Assembly (NCBI GenBank): GCA_024229515.1
Contig: JAAESI010000275.1
Location: 131,181 to 195,180 of the forward strand
Direction of reading: 5' to 3'
Source: Pseudomonadota bacterium
GTDB taxonomy: Bacteria > Myxococcota_A > UBA796 > UBA9615
Length of the DNA: 64,000 nt
Part shown: positions 58,101 to 64,000 of the stretch, in pieces
Layout: every line of letters starts with the position of its first letter
How positions within the stretch are numbered: the first letter of the stretch is position 1
Program-made: the position numbers and the translations under genes
The notes under the pieces: generated by a model
Told to the model about the DNA's origin: nothing
The model's database searches: none
What the model saw: only the letters and a program-made list of their open reading frames with translations

Positions 58101-61100
58101 GACCCGTCCTCCACGGACTCGATGATGGGCGGAAGCGTGGCGGAGTCGGCGGGGATGACCGTCGTCTCTTCAGGCTTCGGCACCGGGTAGGCGTTCGGAT
58201 CGATCTTCGAAAGCTCCTCGAGCGCCTTGCCGACCCACTCGGTGTAGCGCTTCTTCTCCTTGGCGAAAGTCACTACGGCCGTGAACAGCGTGTTTGCCGT
58301 GTCCTCGAACGGTTGGGCCTTCTGGAGCAGCACGTCGGAGTACAGGAAGAAGCGATCCACCTCGTCCATGTCTTCGCTGTCACCGTCGAACGGGTTCGGC
58401 GCCTTCAGCCAGGTGAGCTGGTGGTTTCGGAAGCTCTGGGCCTTGTAGTACAGGGCCGCCGTCTGCCACTCGAAGTCGGGGTAGTTGACCACGAAGTCGT
58501 CCATCATCTGGGCGATCCGGGTGTTCTCCGCGATCTTGCGGTCGACGACCTCCTGCAGCACGTCCGCGTCCGTGGAGTTCGGAATCGTGATCTCCGCGTA
58601 GGCCTCGTACTCGACGATGAGCGGCTGGAAGGCCAGCTCGGCGACGATCTTCAGGCCGATGGATCCACCGTTCTTGGTCAGCTCCGGCCGCATCGCCTCG
58701 TAGGAGACGGTGATCTCCTCCAGCATGCGGTCGGCGTCGCGGTTCTTGCCCGCGTCCCGGGCGAACCCGGCCAGCTTGAACTTGGTCTCGACCCAGCGAT
58801 CTGCGTCGGTGTCGCCGTAGTTGGTCATCCACTTCTCGTAGATGTCCTTGGCCTCTCGAGTGTCCCCTTCGGCTTCCCACAGCTCCGCGGCGCGGAAGAG
58901 CAGCAACGGCGACTCCTCCTTCTCCGGGTAGGTGTCGTGGTACTGCTCGTAGGCGCGGGCCGCGTCGGCGAAACGCTCCAGGCCGATGGCGAGGAAGCCG
59001 GAGTTGTACAAAGCGTTCGGCACGTCGTCGTGCGTCGGATGGAACTCCATCAGGTCCTTGTAGTACCCGACGGCCTTCTCCAACTCGAAGAGCTGCTCGA
59101 AGTTCTGCGCCATCTTCCAGAAGGTGTTCGGCGCCTGCTCGCTGTGCGGGAACCGGTCCAGCAGGACCTCGTAGTAGCGCGTGCTGTCCGCCGCCCGACC
59201 GACTTTGCTGTAGGCCAACGCGATGTTGTAGACGATGTCGTCGATCTGCTGGGGGTCCTCGTCGGTGCCGTCGGCACCGTAGAGGTCGTAGTACTCCAGG
59301 AACGACAGCAGGGCGCACTCGAAGCGGCCCAGCCCGTAGTGAATCTCGCCGTCCTTGAACAACGACTGCTTGGCCAACGTGCTGAACAGCGCGTTGCGCT
59401 CCTCGCGCAGGACCTCGTCCTGGCCGAGGTCGAGCATCGCGAACCGCTCCGTGTACTCACGCATGCGGGACAGATCGCCGGTGAGGCGGTAGCTGTCGAC
59501 GACATGGCCGGCCGCGAACGACGCGTAGTCGGTCGAGGGGTGGTCCTCGATGAGCTCCATGAAGGTCAGGCGACCGCGGCCCAGGTGGTTCTTGTAGTAG
59601 TAGATCTGGCCGATGTCGTAGAGGAGGACGGCGAGGCCCTCGTACTCCGGCACCTCACGCTCGACCCAGCGGACGGCGCGGATGTAGTTCTGCTCCAGCT
59701 CGGTGATCGGCACCGTGCTGTACTCGACCTTCTGGCCGAGGGGCGGGTTGATGGTCGCCAGCGCCTCCGGCGTCTTGTCGATGTCCCCGCCGACCTGCTT
59801 CCACAGGTAGTTGTACGAGAACATGATCCCGAGGATGGCGTCCTTGCGGTACTTGTCCTCGGGGAAGCCGAAGAGGCTCGCGTACTGCTTGATCGCCTCC
59901 GCCCAGCCCGTCGTCCACTCGCCGTTTTCCATCTGGAACTTGAGCTCGCCGACCCAGAAGTAGCAGTCCGCGAGGTAGTAGTTCAGCTCGTACGCGTTCT
60001 CGGCGAACGGGTACTGCTCCAGGTACTCAAGGTACTTGTTGGCAGCGAGCAGGTAGTCGTTCGGGTCGCCCGAGGCCTGCGCCTTGGAGTGGTACGCGTA
60101 GGCGACCCACTGCAGGGACTCGAGGATGTACTTGGTCGCCGTGGCGGTGGCGTCCTTGTTGTTCTTGTTCGCCTCGAACCAGTCGCCCTTGAGGCCGTAG
60201 CGGTTCGTCAGCTCGATGCGGGCGCGCGCGGCCGAGTCCGGGTCCGGGATCACCAGGTTCTGGTACAGCACCACGATGCTGTTCTGGAACTCGGGGCCGT
60301 CCGGGTGCAGCGGCTGGAGCTCCTGGAGCTTGTAGTAGGCGGCGATCGCCTCTTCGAACCGGGCCTGGTCCTTGAGGATCGTGGCCAGCTCCACCAGCAC
60401 GGTGTAGGCCCACGGCTCGTCGCGCCGCCCCGTCAGCCTGCTCAGGGCGAAGTCGATCGGCGACATGTCGGCCTCGATGGCCTGGTCGGAGAAGGAGATC
60501 GCGAGGTACCGGATCGCCTCCGGCTTGAGGTCCGCCTCGCGGCCGGTCCGGGCTTCCTTGCGCTCGGCCCACTCCAGCAAGGTCATGAACCGATCGACCG
60601 CGACGTCAAGGTCATCGACCTTGTAGTAGGCCCACGCCAGCTTGTAGAGGGCGAGCTCGTACAGGCGCGCCTGCACGTTGTCGTCGAGGTCGACGCCGCC
60701 GCCGTCCTCGAACTCCTCGACCACCGTGCGGTAGTAGTAGAGCGCGCGGTCCAGCTGGTTCTCTTCGAAGTAGATGTCGCCGAGCCGGAAGAAGGCCTGG
60801 GCCCGGTAGGGGCTGCTCTCCACGTTCTCGAGCAACGCGAGGTAGGTCTCCTCGGCCCGTTCGGAGTCCAGGTGGCGGCTCGTCTCGTCGCTGTAGCAGT
60901 AGCCCAGCATGTAGTAAACGGCGCCGATCTCGTCATAGTCGGGGAACTTGCGGATCAGCTTCTTGTAGAGCGCGATCGACTTGCGGAGGTCCTTCTGCGG
61001 AGGCTCCGGGAGGAAGTCGAGCTTGCCCTCGTCGAAGAGCATCTCCATCTCGTCGTAGCGCTCGTTGGCGAGGAGGTAGTCCTCGTCCGACTTCTCGAAG

Positions 61101-61666
61101 TACAGCTCCGCGAGCCGGAACATCCGTCGGCCCGTGTAGGGGGAATCAGGGTGATCCTTGATGAAGCGCTCGTGGGCCTCGATGGCAGCTTCGCGGAGCT
61201 GGCGCTCCTCGATGTCGGCCCGGCCGATCAGCTGGTCGTAGCCGTCACGCAGCTCGACGAGCTCCTCGGAGTACTTGCGGCGGATGATCCGGTTCACCTC
61301 ACCGGCGAACTCGAGAGCACGGTCCTCGTAGCGGGAGACCGCGTCGCGCCACGCCTGCAGCTCGGCCTCGTCGACCTCGCCGTTGCCGTCGGTGTCGCCG
61401 GGGATGGCCTCGGGGTCGTCGCCCTCTTCACCGGAGCCGGACTGGTTCGAGGCCTCGCGGCCCGCGCCGACCGAGCCGAAGGCATCGGTGACGACGGTGG
61501 GCAAGCTCTGCTCGTCGAACAGGTTGTCCTCGGTGGTGGTTTCTTCGGGGCCCTCGTCCGGCTTGCAGACGAACTCTTCCTGAGCGCGCTCGAAGTCGCT
61601 CGCGGCCAGGGCGGGACTGGCGATCAGCAGGGACCCGACGGCCCAGCCAACGATGCGGAGGTTCAT
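58097..61666 (-). CDS. gltD: GltD/AgmU-like large periplasmic TPR protein
   Basis: Signal peptide; MFRLAELYFE, ALYKLAWAYY, EAIRYLAISF; many TPRs; synteny. Confidence 0.75.
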   Translation of the reverse strand: MNLRIVGWAVGSLLIASPALAASDFERAQEEFVCKPDEGPEETTTEDNLFDEQSLPTVVTDAFGSVGAGREASNQSGSGEEGDDPEAIPGDTDGNGEVDEAELQAWRDAVSRYEDRALEFAGEVNRIIRRKYSEELVELRDGYDQLIGRADIEERQLREAAIEAHERFIKDHPDSPYTGRRMFRLAELYFEKSDEDYLLANERYDEMEMLFDEGKLDFLPEPPQKDLRKSIALYKKLIRKFPDYDEIGAVYYMLGYCYSDETSRHLDSERAEETYLALLENVESSPYRAQAFFRLGDIYFEENQLDRALYYYRTVVEEFEDGGGVDLDDNVQARLYELALYKLAWAYYKVDDLDVAVDRFMTLLEWAERKEARTGREADLKPEAIRYLAISFSDQAIEADMSPIDFALSRLTGRRDEPWAYTVLVELATILKDQARFEEAIAAYYKLQELQPLHPDGPEFQNSIVVLYQNLVIPDPDSAARARIELTNRYGLKGDWFEANKNNKDATATATKYILESLQWVAYAYHSKAQASGDPNDYLLAANKYLEYLEQYPFAENAYELNYYLADCYFWVGELKFQMENGEWTTGWAEAIKQYASLFGFPEDKYRKDAILGIMFSYNYLWKQVGGDIDKTPEALATINPPLGQKVEYSTVPITELEQNYIRAVRWVEREVPEYEGLAVLLYDIGQIYYYKNHLGRGRLTFMELIEDHPSTDYASFAAGHVVDSYRLTGDLSRMREYTERFAMLDLGQDEVLREERNALFSTLAKQSLFKDGEIHYGLGRFECALLSFLEYYDLYGADGTDEDPQQIDDIVYNIALAYSKVGRAADSTRYYEVLLDRFPHSEQAPNTFWKMAQNFEQLFELEKAVGYYKDLMEFHPTHDDVPNALYNSGFLAIGLERFADAARAYEQYHDTYPEKEESPLLLFRAAELWEAEGDTREAKDIYEKWMTNYGDTDADRWVETKFKLAGFARDAGKNRDADRMLEEITVSYEAMRPELTKNGGSIGLKIVAELAFQPLIVEYEAYAEITIPNSTDADVLQEVVDRKIAENTRIAQMMDDFVVNYPDFEWQTAALYYKAQSFRNHQLTWLKAPNPFDGDSEDMDEVDRFFLYSDVLLQKAQPFEDTANTLFTAVVTFAKEKKRYTEWVGKALEELSKIDPNAYPVPKPEETTVIPADSATLPPIIESVEDGS

Positions 61667-64000
61667 CAGTAGTCCCCCAGCACGGCGCGGAACGCCTCTT
61701 CGAGGGCCCGCATGCGCCGGACCTTGTCGCGGGTCAGATCCTCGCGGTTCTGACTCGTCGTCTCCTTGCGGTACCAGTAGACGTCGGCGACGCCCATGTC
61801 GGCGCGGACGAGCATGTCTTCGAAGAAGCCGGCCACGTTCATGAACGCGCGTTCGCCGATGCGTCCGCTGACGCCTTCGTTGGAAGTCGCGATGGTCACA
61901 CCCTCACGGTCGAGTTCGCCGACCACGCGGCGCTGGAACTTGACCTCGTCCTTGATGTCGTCGACCTCGGCCGCTTCGGCCCGGTCCATCAGCTCCCGAG
62001 CCGAGCTGGAGAGCCGATCGAGGTCCAGGAGCCGCGAACGGGAAGCGTCGAGGCGGCGGAAGAAGTCACCCCCGCCAGAGGCGGAGCGGCGAATGGTCGC
62101 AAGGCGGCTTTCCGTGCGCGCGAGGCGGGCGCGGGCGTCTCCTCGGTCGTCCGACTCGGCTTCCGTGTCGGCGCCCAGCCGTCCGGTCAGCACGCGCGGC
62201 TCGAGGGACTTCTTCATCTCCCGAAGCTGGGCCTGCATGGCCTGAAGCCCGGTTCGCTCGCCCTCGATGACGCGACGCGCTTCGAGCTCCTGGTCCCGGG
62301 TGCGCTCGCCGCGGTTGCGGGCGTCGACGAGGTACTCCTCGACCGCGATGAGTCGGCCCTGGAGGTCCTTGATGGCCAACTCCAGGTGGTAGATGCGGGT
62401 CTCGACCGCCTGCGCCTGGAGGTTGAAGACCTCCCGCTTCTGGAGGGCGAGCTGACGCTCGGCGGAGACGGACGTGGCGGCGCCGGTGGCGGCGGCGATC
62501 TCAGCCCGAAGGTCCCGGATGTCACCGCGCGAGGAGGCGGGCAGGTTGGCTTCGAGCCAGGCCACCTCGGTCTCGATCAGGCGGGACCGGAGCAGCAGGC
62601 CCGCGGCCTCGGCCGAGGTGAGCTGCTGTCGGTGCAGGCGGTACGTCTGGATGAGTCCGCCCGAGGCGTCCTGGTAGAGCGCCTCTTCGAGAAGATCGAG
62701 GACGTCGGTGGCGTCCTCGATGGCGGCTTGCTGCCGGTAGAGGTCGCCCGAGACGGTCACGGCGTGGGCCACGCGCTCATCGGCGGCGGCCTGCAGGCGC
62801 GCCTCCTCGGGAACCGTCAGGTCGGCCTCCGCGACGAAGTTCGTGTCGACCAACTGGTTGAAGTAGATCATCGGGTCGACGCCCGAGGCGACGATCTGGT
62901 CGACGATGACCTTCAGCTCCCGGAAGTGGTCGCCGGCGAGCTCGTACCGGGCGATCGCGGCGTCGAACTGCTCCATGCGCACGCGGACGTGGCCGGACAG
63001 CAGACGAAGCGTGGGCTCGCGGCGGTCGTCGGGGAACGCGAGGTTGAAGATCTCGATGGCGCGGATCGCCTCTTCGTACTTGCGGGTCCGCTCGAAGCTG
63101 CTCGCGTTCGGGTCCGCGTCGCTACCGATCTGGGAGGCGGCCTCGACGTTCGCCCAGATCATCTCGTACAGGGCGTCCGCGTAGTAGTCGCTGTCGGCCT
63201 GCACCTGGGTGTACTCGGAGATCGCCTCCGGCACGCTTCCGGCCTCGTAGTAGAGGCGCCCGATGGCGATGTGGCAGAGGTCGGCGACCCGCTTGTGATC
63301 GTCCGTGGAGCGCGGAAGCGTGAGGGCCTCGCGGAAGACGACGACGGCCTGCTCGTAGCGCTGACGGGTGAAGTCCTGCTGCCCTTCGCTGATCGCGGCC
63401 TGTCCCTCGGCGACGAGGATGACGCCGCTGAAGTACCGGGCCTGCGGGGTGTACGTGGAGCCACGGGGGAAGGCCGCAAAGATCGCCTGGGCGTCCCGGA
63501 GCTTGCCCTGCCGGTAGAGGCTCTTGCCCATCTCGTAGCGGATGCGCAGCGAGGTCGGGCTGTCGTCCATCGAGCTGCGGACGAAGCGGTTGTAGTACTC
63601 GTTGAACTTGTCGTGGTCGCCGGTGCGGCCGAACAGCTCGATGAGCTTGAGCAGGCTGTCCCCGTAGAAAGGATGCGTGGCGCCCTGATCGACGATCGTC
63701 TGGAAGCGATCCGTGGCCGGGCTCAGGTTGCCGTCCTGGAAGAGGCACTCGGCGAGGTACCACTGGCCTTCGTTGCGCCGCGGATCGCCGCGCAGGTCGT
63801 CGTTCTCCAGCAGCGACCAGAAGATCAGCGCGCAGCGCTCGTAGTCATCGACGAGGTACGCGTACTTCGCCTCGCTGAAGCGCTCGCTGATGATCCGGGG
63901 ACTGCGGGTCAGCGACCCGGTGGAGACATCGGCGCGCAGGGACGAGATGCGGCGCTCGAGTCCGAGCACCTCCGTCTCGACCAGCGCGAGGTCCGTTTCG
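61666..64000 (-). CDS. TPR + coiled-coil protein (GltC-like), 5' end outside window
   Basis: Frame stays open past 63969 to the window edge; TPRs (WYLAECL, ARYFSG, AIGRLYYE, DALYEMIW), coiled coil, RADMGVADV.W motif; stop overlaps the gltD-like ATG. Confidence 0.75.
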   Translation of the reverse strand, partial: ETDLALVETEVLGLERRISSLRADVSTGSLTRSPRIISERFSEAKYAYLVDDYERCALIFWSLLENDDLRGDPRRNEGQWYLAECLFQDGNLSPATDRFQTIVDQGATHPFYGDSLLKLIELFGRTGDHDKFNEYYNRFVRSSMDDSPTSLRIRYEMGKSLYRQGKLRDAQAIFAAFPRGSTYTPQARYFSGVILVAEGQAAISEGQQDFTRQRYEQAVVVFREALTLPRSTDDHKRVADLCHIAIGRLYYEAGSVPEAISEYTQVQADSDYYADALYEMIWANVEAASQIGSDADPNASSFERTRKYEEAIRAIEIFNLAFPDDRREPTLRLLSGHVRVRMEQFDAAIARYELAGDHFRELKVIVDQIVASGVDPMIYFNQLVDTNFVAEADLTVPEEARLQAAADERVAHAVTVSGDLYRQQAAIEDATDVLDLLEEALYQDASGGLIQTYRLHRQQLTSAEAAGLLLRSRLIETEVAWLEANLPASSRGDIRDLRAEIAAATGAATSVSAERQLALQKREVFNLQAQAVETRIYHLELAIKDLQGRLIAVEEYLVDARNRGERTRDQELEARRVIEGERTGLQAMQAQLREMKKSLEPRVLTGRLGADTEAESDDRGDARARLARTESRLATIRRSASGGGDFFRRLDASRSRLLDLDRLSSSARELMDRAEAAEVDDIKDEVKFQRRVVGELDREGVTIATSNEGVSGRIGERAFMNVAGFFEDMLVRADMGVADVYWYRKETTSQNREDLTRDKVRRMRALEEAFRAVLGDY

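Overview
A very GC-rich, densely coding bacterial chromosomal window, most likely from a Myxococcota/deltaproteobacterial lineage (MYXO-CTERM-like sorting signal, TIGR02266-type PilZ protein, Agl-Glt-like gene cluster). It holds about 53 protein-coding genes. I saw no rRNA, tRNA, CRISPR array or mobile element. Left half: an ECF sigma/anti-sigma/Spy-like triad, a Ser/Thr kinase-ATPase, housekeeping genes (M17 aminopeptidase, gluQ, nadD, transketolase, PduO-type adenosyltransferase) and many acidic, Cys/Asp-repeat secreted or lipoproteins. The largest is a ~1700-aa lipoprotein with 32 Cys/Asp repeats, followed directly by a TlpA-like thioredoxin gene with an in-frame TGA just before its CxxC. 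Right half: ftsEX-envC, ctpA, rimO-lolA-ftsK-rnj, two nucleotide-sugar genes, an outer-membrane beta-barrel, and a contiguous TPR-gltD-gltE-gltF-aglR-aglQ-aglS-gltG-like cluster. In that cluster one ExbD-like subunit has Asn in place of the usual transmembrane Asp and carries a Cys-rich insert with an EF-hand-like loop; the GltD-like protein has a second EF-hand-like loop. Several genes look leaderless (TAnnnT 6-7 nt before the start codon). All calls come from reading motifs by eye; no database searches or structure predictions were run.
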